Shown: one piece after another, positions 37,686 through 47,865 of the stretch
How the letters are laid out: the number at the start of each line of letters is the position of its first letter
How positions within the stretch are numbered: the first letter of the stretch is position 1
Source of the DNA: Pseudomonadota bacterium
GTDB lineage: Bacteria; Pseudomonadota; Gammaproteobacteria; Steroidobacterales; Rariloculaceae
Length of the DNA stretch: 64,000 bases
Assembly: GCA_036337035.1 (NCBI GenBank)
Contig: JAYZFC010000002.1
Span: 208,138 to 272,137, forward strand
Direction: 5' to 3'
The notes under the pieces: generated by a model
Databases searched by the model: none
What the model saw: only the letters and a program-made list of their open reading frames with translations
What the model was told of the DNA's origin: nothing
Made by a program: the position numbers and the translations under genes

Positions 37686-38779
37686 TTACTAATTATTTTA
37701 TTATATATCTCTAGATTACCATTAATCATTTTATCAATTGAGAATTTTTCTTTAATTGATTTACATCCATTTATAGATAAATAGTTTCTTTCATATGGGT
37801 TAGAAATAAGTCTATCAATGGAACTTATAAATTTTAATTTATCATAAGGAGGAATCAATATTCCATTTACCTTATCTATTATAATATCCTTTATTCCACC
37901 AATAGAATAGGCTACTACAGGTACCCCTAAACTTAAACTCTCGATAATGCTTAATCCAAGTCCCTCTCTAGTTGCAGGATGAACAACTAGATCTAATTTT
38001 GGTATCTGATCAACAATATCAGAATGAAAACCAACTAGACTCACATATTTATTCAAGTTAAGGCTAGTTAATTTATATTCCAGTTTCTTTCTTAAGTAGC
38101 CATCCCCAAAACAAATTACATGAATATTAGGATGTCTATCAATTAACTTTCTTAATAATAAAAAAAAATCTAAATGGCCCTTTCTTGAAATCAACTGTGA
38201 AATAATACCAATAATAAACTCTGTATCTGAGGGTAAATTAAATTTCTTAATTATTGAATTTTTACTAAAATTTGATTTTTTTTTATTCAGAGATACTCCT
38301 GAAGGTATATAGTGAACAATAGATCTATCTATTCCCAAGTAATTAATTAAATAATTTTGAATTGACTTAGATATAGCAATAACTCCATCGTATGAATTGT
38401 ATTTTATTCTTGCAATTTTTTTAATTTCTAGTGAATCAACTCTTCTAGTAATAATAGAGGGTATACCCAAAGATTTAGCACACCAACCAGAATAATAATC
38501 AATACCTCTCCTAGAATGAACATGAAGAATTTGAGGATTATAGAGCTTCAATATTTTTTTTAAGTTGCTATAAAAAAATAAATCGAGATCGCCTCTCATT
38601 GGCATTTCTACAATATTAACTAGGTTTTTTCTATCTTGGCATTTTTCCTTAATTAAGCTTGTTGGTCTACATAACAAATAATTACTAATTTTTTTTTTAG
38701 CTAATCCTTCTGCAAGATCAAGAACCTGTTTTGCACCACCATAAAAGCTATTCCCAGATTCTAAATGCATTACTCTCAT
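37676..38779 (-). CDS. GT4-family (group 1) glycosyltransferase
   Basis: 367 aa. The C-terminal half has VHPATREGLGLSIIESLSLGVPVV, matching the E-x7-E region of retaining GT-B transferases. Contains an in-frame A10 run. Confidence 0.8.
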   Translation of the reverse strand: MRVMHLESGNSFYGGAKQVLDLAEGLAKKKISNYLLCRPTSLIKEKCQDRKNLVNIVEMPMRGDLDLFFYSNLKKILKLYNPQILHVHSRRGIDYYSGWCAKSLGIPSIITRRVDSLEIKKIARIKYNSYDGVIAISKSIQNYLINYLGIDRSIVHYIPSGVSLNKKKSNFSKNSIIKKFNLPSDTEFIIGIISQLISRKGHLDFFLLLRKLIDRHPNIHVICFGDGYLRKKLEYKLTSLNLNKYVSLVGFHSDIVDQIPKLDLVVHPATREGLGLSIIESLSLGVPVVAYSIGGIKDIIIDKVNGILIPPYDKLKFISSIDRLISNPYERNYLSINGCKSIKEKFSIDKMINGNLEIYNKIISNCS

Positions 38780-38782
38780 TTT

Positions 38783-39418
38783 TTATTCATGCATAAAGTA
38801 ACTATTATTTAAAAAACTAGATATTTGTTTAATAACCTTTTTACTGTATAACATACCTACATGGCTTACAGGAATAAGAATGCTATCTGTAATACCATCA
38901 ATTAGTGATTCATTCATAGTAATTGTTCCGTCATGTGGCCTTGGTAATCTACAAATTATTCTTCCTAAACCAAACGGAAAATCTCCACAAATCATCCCAA
39001 TCTTCTGAGGGCCTTTCCAAGATAGTAAAGGGTCATGATCAAGTAGATTAACCATAGTTTTTCCTAACATAGCTTCTCCGAAAGGGCTCATTCGCAAAGT
39101 CTTAGCAGAGATAGATCCTTTTATAGGTGACCCTAAACAGACAACCTTACCATCTAATATATCATCATGATCCTTTAGCATATGTAGGACTAGAGCACCT
39201 CCCATGCTATGGGCAACTATATTTAATTTCTGTATGCCTAATTTTTTAATAAAATCCCTAAGCTCATTAATATTCTCCTCTAAGCCTTTACCCATAGTCG
39301 AATAATCAAAAAATAATGTTGAATAGCCCTCTTTTGATAAAGCCTTACCAATAGACTTCATACTATCTCTATTTCTCCATAAACCATTTACTAGCAATAC
39401 AGTTTCCATACCTAACAA
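38783..39418 (-). CDS. small alpha/beta hydrolase (lipase/esterase-like)
   Basis: 211 aa. VLLVNGL near the N-terminus and the AHSMGG nucleophile elbow. Confidence 0.6.
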   Translation of the reverse strand: MLGMETVLLVNGLWRNRDSMKSIGKALSKEGYSTLFFDYSTMGKGLEENINELRDFIKKLGIQKLNIVAHSMGGALVLHMLKDHDDILDGKVVCLGSPIKGSISAKTLRMSPFGEAMLGKTMVNLLDHDPLLSWKGPQKIGMICGDFPFGLGRIICRLPRPHDGTITMNESLIDGITDSILIPVSHVGMLYSKKVIKQISSFLNNSYFMHE

Positions 39419-39426
39419 AAAAAGAC

Positions 39427-39861
39427 TTAAAGCAATCTCTTAATAGCCTCCTTATTTGTCCAAGATTGAACCATTTTCAAAGCTTGTTCTGACTTGACCC
39501 ATTTATAGCTTTTATGCTCTTTATAACATAAATCTATAGAAACTTTTTGTGGTATTTTCAAATACCACAAATGTTCAGTATTAAAATTCACTTTAGGATC
39601 ATATCGATCTTTCCACTCTGGAAGAATAGAAAATTTATTTTTTAATTTAGCATCAATGATAGATTCAGAACTTAAACCAGTTTCCTCTTTTACTTCTCTA
39701 ATAGCAGCATCATGAGGATCTTCATTCCAACAAATGGTACCAGTAACTGATTGCCAAAAATTTACTGGGTGGGTCCTTTCTAATAAAAGAAAATCCATAT
39801 AAAAAGTATATATAACTACTAAAACTGACTCAGGACGTCTATATAATCTATTTGGCATCAA
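39427..39861 (-). CDS. nudB: dihydroneopterin triphosphate diphosphatase (Nudix)
   Basis: YRRPESVLVVIY...FWQSVTGT...AAIREVKEETGL...YKWV...SWTNKEAIKRL is colinear with E. coli NudB as I recall it. Conserved position next to aspS. Confidence 0.85.
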   Translation of the reverse strand: MMPNRLYRRPESVLVVIYTFYMDFLLLERTHPVNFWQSVTGTICWNEDPHDAAIREVKEETGLSSESIIDAKLKNKFSILPEWKDRYDPKVNFNTEHLWYLKIPQKVSIDLCYKEHKSYKWVKSEQALKMVQSWTNKEAIKRLL

Positions 39862-39864
39862 TCT

Positions 39865-41628
39865 TTAATCAGGCTTCTTTAATCTTATCCCTAATTCTTT
39901 TAGCTGGTCAGTGTTCGCAACACTAGGGGATCCCATTAAAAGATCACTAGCTGTCTGAGTCTTTGGAAATGCAATAACATCTCTGATACTCTCAGCATTA
40001 CTAGACATTAACATAACTATTCTATCTAGCCCAAAAGCAATTCCCCCATGAGGAGGGCAACCATATTGCATTGCTTCTAAAAAGAAACCAAATTTTTCAT
40101 CAGCTTCTGTTTTGTTTATATCAAGTATTTTAAATATAGCTGACTGCATTTCTGAATTGTGAATTCTTATCGATCCTCCACCAATTTCTGAACCATTCAA
40201 AACCATATCATATGCTTTGGAAAAAACTTTTCCTGGATTCTCTAATATTTCTTTAGTTGAGTCTATTGTTGGAGAAGTAAATGGATGATGAGTAGATGTC
40301 CACCCACTCTTATCTTTATCAAAAAGAGGAAAATCTGTTACCCACAAAGGTTTCCAATCATTTTCTAAAAGATTTAAATCTAAGGCAACTCTATCCCTTA
40401 AAAAACCTAAACTGTCGTTAACCACCCGAACTTTATCTGCTCCAAAAAAAATTAAATCACCAGTATTTACTTTAAGCTTATCTAGTAATAATTTTAATGA
40501 ATCTTGAGATAAAAATTTAATTATTGGAGACTGAAGACCCTCTATACCTTTGCTAGTATCATTTACCTTTATGTAAGCTAAGCCTTTAGCACCATACTTT
40601 GATACAATCTCTGTATAATCATCAATTTCCTTTCTAGTTAATTTACTTCCATCAGGAATAACCATAGCTGCAACTCTAGATCCTTCAGTATTAGCAGGCT
40701 CTGAAAAAACTTTAAAATCAACTTTCTTAAATAACTCTGACACCTCTATTAATTTTATTGGGTTCCTTAAATCAGGATTATCCTGACCATAACTTTCAAG
40801 AGCCTCAGAATAAGTCATTCTAGGAAATGGATCTGGAAGATCAACATCTATAACAGCTTTAAAAGTTTCTCTAATCAAAGCCTCCATTAATACCATAATT
40901 TGGCTCTGATCCAAGAAGGAGGTTTCAATATCGATTTGTGTAAATTCTGGCTGTCTATCTGCTCTTAAATCTTCATCTCTAAAACACTTAACTATTTGAT
41001 AGTATCTATCAAATCCTGACATCATGAGTAACTGTTTCATCAGTTGTGGAGACTGCGGTAAAGCAAAAAAATTTCCTAATTGAGTTCTACTAGGCACTAG
41101 ATAATCTCTTGCACCTTCAGGAGTAGTTTTAGATAACATAGGTGTTTCTATCTCTATAAAATCTGCCCTATCAAGCAATTTTCGTATGGTTTGTGTAACT
41201 TTATGGCGAAGACGAATGTTATTTTGCATACCTTCTCTTCTCAAATCTAAATACCTATACCGCAATCTCATTTCTTCACTAGCATTCTCCTCATGATGAA
41301 AAGGCGGAGTTTTAGACTTATTAATAACTTCAAGACTATCTGCTAAAAGTTCAACTTCACCAGATTCTAAATCTCTATTAATAGTTCCTTCTGGTCGCTC
41401 TCTAATAGTTCCTTTAATATTTAAGACATATTCTCCTCTGATTTTTTCTGCCTGAGAAAAAATAAAATCATTATCGGGATCGAAAACTACCTGAAGCAAC
41501 CCTTCTCTATCTCTTAAGTCTATGAAAATTACACCGCCGTGGTCCCTTCTTCGGTGTACCCAACCTGCAACAGATATTTCCTTACCTAGAAGAGATCTGT
41601 CTATTTGGCCACAATAATGAGTTCTCAT
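39865..41628 (-). CDS. aspS: aspartate--tRNA ligase
   Basis: 587 aa, colinear with E. coli AspS. PQSPQLMKQLLMMSGFDRYYQIVKCFRDEDLRADRQPEFTQID and GLDRIVMLM. Confidence 0.98.
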   Translation of the reverse strand: MRTHYCGQIDRSLLGKEISVAGWVHRRRDHGGVIFIDLRDREGLLQVVFDPDNDFIFSQAEKIRGEYVLNIKGTIRERPEGTINRDLESGEVELLADSLEVINKSKTPPFHHEENASEEMRLRYRYLDLRREGMQNNIRLRHKVTQTIRKLLDRADFIEIETPMLSKTTPEGARDYLVPSRTQLGNFFALPQSPQLMKQLLMMSGFDRYYQIVKCFRDEDLRADRQPEFTQIDIETSFLDQSQIMVLMEALIRETFKAVIDVDLPDPFPRMTYSEALESYGQDNPDLRNPIKLIEVSELFKKVDFKVFSEPANTEGSRVAAMVIPDGSKLTRKEIDDYTEIVSKYGAKGLAYIKVNDTSKGIEGLQSPIIKFLSQDSLKLLLDKLKVNTGDLIFFGADKVRVVNDSLGFLRDRVALDLNLLENDWKPLWVTDFPLFDKDKSGWTSTHHPFTSPTIDSTKEILENPGKVFSKAYDMVLNGSEIGGGSIRIHNSEMQSAIFKILDINKTEADEKFGFFLEAMQYGCPPHGGIAFGLDRIVMLMSSNAESIRDVIAFPKTQTASDLLMGSPSVANTDQLKELGIRLKKPD

Positions 41629-41671
41629 AAGATAAATTCCTTTTTTTAAATTATTATTATAATAATGAATT

Positions 41672-42322
41672 CTAAGATTTAGAAGCTCGAGATGCAGCCT
41701 TATTTTTCGGATTTACTGGATGCCACTCTGGAACAACTACACCCAATGAGATAATCATCTTTAAAGCATCCTCAACTGGCATATCTAGCTCAATAATATT
41801 CTCCTTCGGTATCATTAACATAAAGCCTGAAGTAGGATTGGGTGTTGTTGGAAGGAATACTGTTATAAGATCTCTCCCTGTTTTATCTTCTATCTCTTTT
41901 GGGTGTTCTGATGTCTGAAAGCATATACTATATATATCCTTACTTGGATATTGCACTAATATAACCCTTTCAAAAGCAGAATGAGAATCGCCAAAAACTA
42001 ATTCTAAAAATTTTTTTATCCCAGCATATATAGTGCTTACTAGTGGAATTTTTGATAGAAGAGATTCAAAAAAAACAACCGTTCGCTTGCCAATAAAATT
42101 AGCACCTACCATACCAGTTATCATAAGGACCAGTATGGTTAATATTGCTCCTAATCCTATAATATTAAAACCAAATAAATGCTCTGGTTGCAATGATTCA
42201 GGCAAAAGAAGAAGTACGCCATCCATTATGTCCAAAAGCAACAAAAAAACTAGAATTGTAGCTCCTAATGGAACCCAAATAAGAAGCCCGGCAATCAAAT
42301 AACGTCTTATTTTATTTATCAT
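41672..42322 (-). CDS. DUF502-family membrane protein
   Basis: 216 aa with two N-terminal TM helices. IPLVSTIY and TTPNPTSGF blocks are typical of DUF502. Confidence 0.6.
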   Translation of the reverse strand: MINKIRRYLIAGLLIWVPLGATILVFLLLLDIMDGVLLLLPESLQPEHLFGFNIIGLGAILTILVLMITGMVGANFIGKRTVVFFESLLSKIPLVSTIYAGIKKFLELVFGDSHSAFERVILVQYPSKDIYSICFQTSEHPKEIEDKTGRDLITVFLPTTPNPTSGFMLMIPKENIIELDMPVEDALKMIISLGVVVPEWHPVNPKNKAASRASKS

Positions 42323-42656
42323 TTTTGCCCTTTACTTCCATCTTTTTTTTTGTAGACTCTTTAGATTGATTATTTTCTGAATTGCTCTTAGTAATCTTAT
42401 CACCCTTTTTATTTTTATTTTCATCTACTTTTTTAATATCAGAATTATCTACTAGATTTCTCTTCTTATCATTACTTGATTTAAAATCAGTTTCATACCA
42501 ACCACTACCCTTTAATCTAAATACTGGCGCAGAAATAAGCCGCCTTAAGCTATTTTTCTCGCATTTCGGACAAATTACTAGTGGCTTATCACTAATTTTT
42601 TGTAATTCATTTAGATGATGTTTACAGGAATCGCAGCGATATTCGTATATAGGCAT
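42312..42656 (-). CDS. FmdB-family zinc-ribbon protein with Lys-rich tail
   Basis: MPIYEYRCDSCKH...CPKC is the FmdB/CxxC_CxxC_SSSS ribbon. Confidence 0.72.
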   Translation of the reverse strand: MPIYEYRCDSCKHHLNELQKISDKPLVICPKCEKNSLRRLISAPVFRLKGSGWYETDFKSSNDKKRNLVDNSDIKKVDENKNKKGDKITKSNSENNQSKESTKKKMEVKGKNDK

Positions 42657-42682
42657 TCCTAATCCTCTCTAATAATATATTT

Positions 42683-45268
42683 TTAGTGCTTAAGAACTTT
42701 CTCAAAATAGAAATCTTTTTTTCTTATCTCTACCTTAATTATGTCACCAGGTAAAAATTTCCCTTTTAAAATAGCTTCAGCCAGAGGATTTTCAAGTTCA
42801 ACTTGTAATACTCTTTTTAATGGCCTAGCTCCATAATCTTTATGATACCCTGCATTAGATAATTTTTCTAAAGCCTCGTCAGAAAACTTTATGGTAATAC
42901 CCTTTTCTTCTAGCTTTTTATGTAGTTTTTGTATCTGAATATCAACTATTTTTCTAATATGTTTAGCACTTAATGGATGAAATACTACTATATCATCTAT
43001 ACGATTAATAAATTCAGGTTTAAAACTATCTTTTACAACGCTCATAACTGATTTCTTCATAGAAGGGTAATCCTTTCGATCAAGACCATCTATCAGCTCC
43101 CCTCCAAGATTAGATGTCATAACTATAACTGAGTTTCTAAAATCAACGGTCCTCCCATGTCCATCAGTTAATCTTCCATCATCTAAAACTTGAAGTAATA
43201 TATTAAAAATATCACTATGTGCCTTCTCTATCTCATCAATTAATATTATTGAGTAAGGCTTTCTCCTGACAGCTTCTGTCAAATAACCTCCTTCCTCATA
43301 ACCAACATACCCAGGCGGGGCACCTATCAACCTAGCTACAGAATGTTTTTCCATAAACTCAGACATATCTATTCGAATCATGGAGTCCTCTGAGTCAAAC
43401 AGAAAATGTGCTAAAGATTTTGTTAACTCTGTCTTTCCAACTCCAGTTGGGCCAAGAAAAAGAAATGAGCCGTATGGTCTATCGAAATCTGAAAGTCCGG
43501 CTCTTGACCTTCTAACAGCATTTGCTACTGCACTTACTGCTTCACTCTGTCCTACGACTTTTAATCCTAAAGAGCTTTCCATTGATACAAGTTTATCTTT
43601 CTCGCTTTCAAGCATTTTATTAACAGGTATTCCTGTCCATTTAGAAACAATCTCAGCAACTTCACCTTCAGTAACTTTATTTCTAACTAAGCTATAATCT
43701 GTATTTTCAGAAACAATCGCTTCTTTTAATTGTTTTTCAAGCTCTGGAATTTTCCCGTATTGCAATTCAGACATTTTTCCTAAATCTCTAGCTCTGTTTG
43801 CTTGTTCTAGCTCAATCTTAGCTTTTTCTAAACTCTCCTTAGCAGAAGATGCACCTTGCATAATAGATTTTTCTGATTTCCATAGATCATCTAACTCAGT
43901 AAATTCCTTTTCTATTCTCTCTATCTCAATCTCTAAGTCCTTAAGCTTCATCTTTGATGCCTCACTGGACTCTTTCTTAAGTGCTTCCAGTTCTATCTTT
44001 CTTTTTATTAGCTTTCTCTCTAATCTATCTAAATCTTCTGGCTTAGAGTCAATTTCCATCCTAATTAGAGATGCTGCCTCATCAATCAAATCTATTGCTT
44101 TATCTGGTAACTGTCGTCCACTAATATAGCGATTTGATAATACAGATGCAGAAACAATTGCTGCATCAGTTATCTCTACACCATGATGAATCTCATACCT
44201 TTCTTTTAGCCCTCTGAGTATAGCTATACTATCTTCAACATCAGGCTGCTCAACTAATATTTTTTGAAATCTTCTTTCTAGAGCAGCATCCTTCTCTAAA
44301 TATTGTCTATATTCATCTAATGTAGTAGCACCAACACAATGAAGGTCGCCTCTTGCAAGAGCTGGCTTTAGCATATTTCCAGCATCCATAGCCCCTTCAG
44401 ATTTTCCAGCACCAACAACCATATGAAGCTCATCAACAAAAAGGATAACTTGTCCCTCTTGTTTAGCTAATTCATTTAATAGGGCTTTTAATCTCTCTTC
44501 AAATTCGCCCCTAAATTTTGCCCCTGCTATTAGAGATCCTAAATCTAAAGAAAGCACTCTCTTAGACTTGAGTCCATCTGGGACTTCTGAATTTATTATC
44601 CTTTGAGCTAAACCTTCTATTATGGCTGTTTTTCCAACTCCAGGTTCTCCAATCAATACAGGGTTGTTTTTTGTTCTTCTCTGTAAAACTTGAATAGTTC
44701 TTCTAATTTCATCATCTCTTCCAATAACAGGATCTAGTTTTCCTTGCTCAGCCCTCTCTGTTAGATCAATCGTATATTTCGCTAGGGCTTGTCTAGATTC
44801 TTCTGCATTAGGATCATCAACACTAGAACCCGCTCTTAAATCTTTAATTGCTTTTTCAAGCGCTTCTGAACTTAAACCATTATCCTTTAGTAATCTTCCC
44901 AAATCACTTCTATCATTAGTTGCAGCAAGAACAAAAAATTCACTAGAAATATAGCTATCTCCATAATCTTTAGAAATATTATCAGCTATATCTAATAGCT
45001 TACTCAAGGCATTGGAGATATGTGTGTCGCCAAGCTGATTACTAGAAATTTTAGGAAAATTATTAATAATTTTCCTAAGTCCATCACTTAATCTAGATAT
45101 ATTTACCCCTGTTTTTAATAATAAACCTCTAATAGTATTAATGTCTTGAGCTAATAAAGAGGACATAAGATGTGCGGGCTCAATAAATTGATGATCGTTA
45201 TCCAACGCTAAAGATTGTGCATTAGACAATGCAATTTCTAAATTACTTGTAAGTTTATCTGCTCTCAT
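42683..45268 (-). CDS. clpB: ATP-dependent disaggregase ClpB
   Basis: 861 aa. Two AAA+ modules (GEPGVGKTA and GPTGVGKTE Walker A motifs) separated by a long coiled-coil M-domain. Confidence 0.98.
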   Translation of the reverse strand: MRADKLTSNLEIALSNAQSLALDNDHQFIEPAHLMSSLLAQDINTIRGLLLKTGVNISRLSDGLRKIINNFPKISSNQLGDTHISNALSKLLDIADNISKDYGDSYISSEFFVLAATNDRSDLGRLLKDNGLSSEALEKAIKDLRAGSSVDDPNAEESRQALAKYTIDLTERAEQGKLDPVIGRDDEIRRTIQVLQRRTKNNPVLIGEPGVGKTAIIEGLAQRIINSEVPDGLKSKRVLSLDLGSLIAGAKFRGEFEERLKALLNELAKQEGQVILFVDELHMVVGAGKSEGAMDAGNMLKPALARGDLHCVGATTLDEYRQYLEKDAALERRFQKILVEQPDVEDSIAILRGLKERYEIHHGVEITDAAIVSASVLSNRYISGRQLPDKAIDLIDEAASLIRMEIDSKPEDLDRLERKLIKRKIELEALKKESSEASKMKLKDLEIEIERIEKEFTELDDLWKSEKSIMQGASSAKESLEKAKIELEQANRARDLGKMSELQYGKIPELEKQLKEAIVSENTDYSLVRNKVTEGEVAEIVSKWTGIPVNKMLESEKDKLVSMESSLGLKVVGQSEAVSAVANAVRRSRAGLSDFDRPYGSFLFLGPTGVGKTELTKSLAHFLFDSEDSMIRIDMSEFMEKHSVARLIGAPPGYVGYEEGGYLTEAVRRKPYSIILIDEIEKAHSDIFNILLQVLDDGRLTDGHGRTVDFRNSVIVMTSNLGGELIDGLDRKDYPSMKKSVMSVVKDSFKPEFINRIDDIVVFHPLSAKHIRKIVDIQIQKLHKKLEEKGITIKFSDEALEKLSNAGYHKDYGARPLKRVLQVELENPLAEAILKGKFLPGDIIKVEIRKKDFYFEKVLKH

Positions 45269-45300
45269 AATATTTAATAATTATTACTATTCAAAATAAT

Positions 45301-45327
45301 TAATGGGGATTACTGGAGAAATATCAA
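45301..45327 (-). promoter_or_regulatory. candidate sigma-32 (RpoH) heat-shock promoter of clpB
   Basis: The minus strand reads TTGATA-13 nt-CCCCATTA, against the consensus TTGAAA-N13-15-CCCCATNT. The -10 element lies about 33 nt upstream of the clpB ATG. Confidence 0.45.
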
Positions 45328-45347
45328 CTTATAAATTACTTCAGCAC

Positions 45348-46073
45348 TTAATCTAACCATAAAATAGTAGCCATTCTTCCACTCTTAGAATCTCTACGAT
45401 ATGAAAAAAAACGATTTTTCTCATTAAATGTACAGAAATTACCCCCATATATTGAATATATTTCAAAATGATTAAATATCAATCTAGCAAGACCGTAAAG
45501 ATCTAGATTCCAAGAATTATTAGTATTTTTTTTGAATTGAGAATCAACAGCAATATTAAGATTTCTGAAAGCTTGATAAACTTTATCACTAACCTGATAA
45601 GCAGCTTGGCTTATACCAGGGCCCATCCAAACAATTAATTCACTAGGGTTACAATCCATAAGTTTGATAGCATTCTGGATAATTCCACTAGATAATCCAC
45701 GCCAACCTCCATGTAATGCACAAATTTTATCTTCTACAGTTGATGAGATAAGTATAGGCAGACAATCAGCCGAAAGAATAGCTAAAACATTTTTCTTTTT
45801 CTGAGTAAATAAACCATCTCCTTCTATGTTTTTAATTATTGTATTATCTATGTCTATTACTAAAGAGCTATGGATCTGATTTAACCATATAGGTTCATTT
45901 GGTAAATCAAAGTATTCAACTAATCTTTTTCTATTTAATATAATTTTTTCTTTATTAATATCTAATTGAAATGAAAAATTATTTTCAGAATAATCTCCTA
46001 TCTCAGTAGTAAAGGCCTTAACATTTTTTTTTACAGGCCAATCTGGTTTTACACATTTAATTTTCATCAACAA
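45348..46073 (-). CDS. pgeF: YfiH/PgeF-family purine nucleoside phosphorylase / peptidoglycan editing factor
   Basis: 241 aa. SADCLPIL, ALHGGWRGL, CTF...FFSYRRD. Conserved rluD-yfiH linkage. Confidence 0.85.
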   Translation of the reverse strand: MLMKIKCVKPDWPVKKNVKAFTTEIGDYSENNFSFQLDINKEKIILNRKRLVEYFDLPNEPIWLNQIHSSLVIDIDNTIIKNIEGDGLFTQKKKNVLAILSADCLPILISSTVEDKICALHGGWRGLSSGIIQNAIKLMDCNPSELIVWMGPGISQAAYQVSDKVYQAFRNLNIAVDSQFKKNTNNSWNLDLYGLARLIFNHFEIYSIYGGNFCTFNEKNRFFSYRRDSKSGRMATILWLD

Positions 46074-47052
46074 ATAGTTCTTTATCTCTTGCTAATATTA
46101 TTAATATATCACTCATATCTTTAGGTAAAGAAGATGTAAATGAAATACCTTTACCTGATGAGGGATGAATAAATGATAGATAACTTGCATGAAGTGCTTG
46201 TCTTTTAAATTTAGAAATTGAGTCCTTCAATTCATTAGAGGGGGATGAAGGTAATATTGGTCTTCCTCCGTATATAGGATCTCCTAATAATGGATAGTTT
46301 TCATAGGATAAATGAACTCTTATTTGATGAGTTCTACCCGTTTCTATTTTAATTTCTAATAAACAGTGAGCTCTAAATTTCTCAATTACTTTATAGAATG
46401 TTTTAGCAGGTTTTCCATTATTATTAACAGTCATTTTTAACCTATCTCTGGGATTTCTAGAAATAGGATGGTCAATTGTTCCGCCAGATATTGGAATATT
46501 GTTACAAATACCAGAATAAATCTTTGTAACTCTCCTATCTTTTATCTGATTAATTAAGCTTAAGTAGCTAGCTGACTTCCTTGCCACAACAATTAGCCCA
46601 CTTGTATCTTTATCAAGACGATGAACGATTCCTGCTCTGGGCAATATTCCCTGATTAGGGTCTAAATATAGTAACCCATTTTGCAAAGTACCAGAATGAT
46701 TGCCTGCACCTGGATGAATAACAAGTCCACTAGGCTTATTTATTATATAGAAATCATTATCCTTATGTATTATATCTAATGGAATGTTTTCCGGCTCAAT
46801 AGGAATTACTGGCTCTAGATCAACATCAAGATTGATGACCTGCCCTTTAAAAACCTTAGTCTTTGGATCCGCTCTTTTCCCATTTAATGTTAACTGACCA
46901 GACTCAATCCACCCTTTTAGCTGACTTCTAGAAAATCTATTAAAAGACTTTGCCGAAGCTTGATCTAAGCGAATTCCAGAAAGCTCATTGGTAACTATTA
47001 TGTTTTCGTTGACCTTTTCCAAGTTTTTAAATCCAAAAGAACAAAATTTCAA
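46057..47052 (-). CDS. rluD: 23S rRNA pseudouridine synthase RluD
   Basis: 331 aa. S4 domain, IINKPSGLVIHPGAGN, VHRLDKDTSGLIVVA, RTHQIRVH. Confidence 0.9.
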   Translation of the reverse strand: MKFCSFGFKNLEKVNENIIVTNELSGIRLDQASAKSFNRFSRSQLKGWIESGQLTLNGKRADPKTKVFKGQVINLDVDLEPVIPIEPENIPLDIIHKDNDFYIINKPSGLVIHPGAGNHSGTLQNGLLYLDPNQGILPRAGIVHRLDKDTSGLIVVARKSASYLSLINQIKDRRVTKIYSGICNNIPISGGTIDHPISRNPRDRLKMTVNNNGKPAKTFYKVIEKFRAHCLLEIKIETGRTHQIRVHLSYENYPLLGDPIYGGRPILPSSPSNELKDSISKFKRQALHASYLSFIHPSSGKGISFTSSLPKDMSDILIILARDKELFVDEN

Positions 47053-47124
47053 AATATGTTAATATTTTATGAAAATAAAAAATATTTACATTATCATTAT
47101 TTAAATAAACCTACACTATTATTT

Positions 47125-47865
47125 ATGATTAAAATACATAAAAAAATTTCAATTATATGTCTTATATTTATTGTCCTTTCATCCTGTACCAACAGTGATA
47201 ATGATATTTTAGATGAAGGTGGTGAAGCCCTTTATCAAAGAGGTATTGAAAGTATGGCTGATGGAAATTATCCAACAGCTTTGGCTTATTTCCAAGCACT
47301 TGAAGCTAACTACCCATTTAGCAACCTAACTAGGCAAGCTCAATTAGATATAATTTATGTATATTATAAAAGTTCACAGCCAGAGTTAGCAATAGATGCT
47401 GCGGAAGAGTTTGAAAGGGAAAACCCTACGCATCCTAGAGTTGATTATTGTTTATATATTATTGGACTGTCATATTTTGATGAATCTCCTAACTTCCTAG
47501 AAAGATGGTTTAGTGTAGATCTTGATATTCGCCCCCCAAAAAATACACTCCAGGCTTTTCAGAGTTTCCAAGAGCTCTTAAGAAGATTTCCTAATAGTCA
47601 ATATGCCCCTGATGCTAGAGAAAGAATGATTTTCCTCAGAAATAGATTAGCTGCTTATGAAAATCATGTAGCAGAATATTATATTAGGCGAGGAGCTTAT
47701 TTAGCTGCAATAAATAGAGCAAAATATGCATTAGAACACTACTCTGGCTCACCAGAATTAGAAATTTCACTAACTCTAATGATTAATGCTTATGAAATGA
47801 TTGGAATGAATAATTTGGCTTCTGATGCAAGAAGAATTTTAGATGAAAATTTTCCTAGTCAATAA
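47125..47865 (+). CDS. bamD: outer-membrane protein assembly factor BamD
   Basis: Lipobox LSSC and TPR-like YPFS...A.LD..Y.YY pattern. Divergent from rluD, as in E. coli. I prefer the ATG at 47125; the ORF-track start at 47056 would leave only 3 bp to rluD. Confidence 0.85.
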   Translation: MIKIHKKISIICLIFIVLSSCTNSDNDILDEGGEALYQRGIESMADGNYPTALAYFQALEANYPFSNLTRQAQLDIIYVYYKSSQPELAIDAAEEFERENPTHPRVDYCLYIIGLSYFDESPNFLERWFSVDLDIRPPKNTLQAFQSFQELLRRFPNSQYAPDARERMIFLRNRLAAYENHVAEYYIRRGAYLAAINRAKYALEHYSGSPELEISLTLMINAYEMIGMNNLASDARRILDENFPSQ

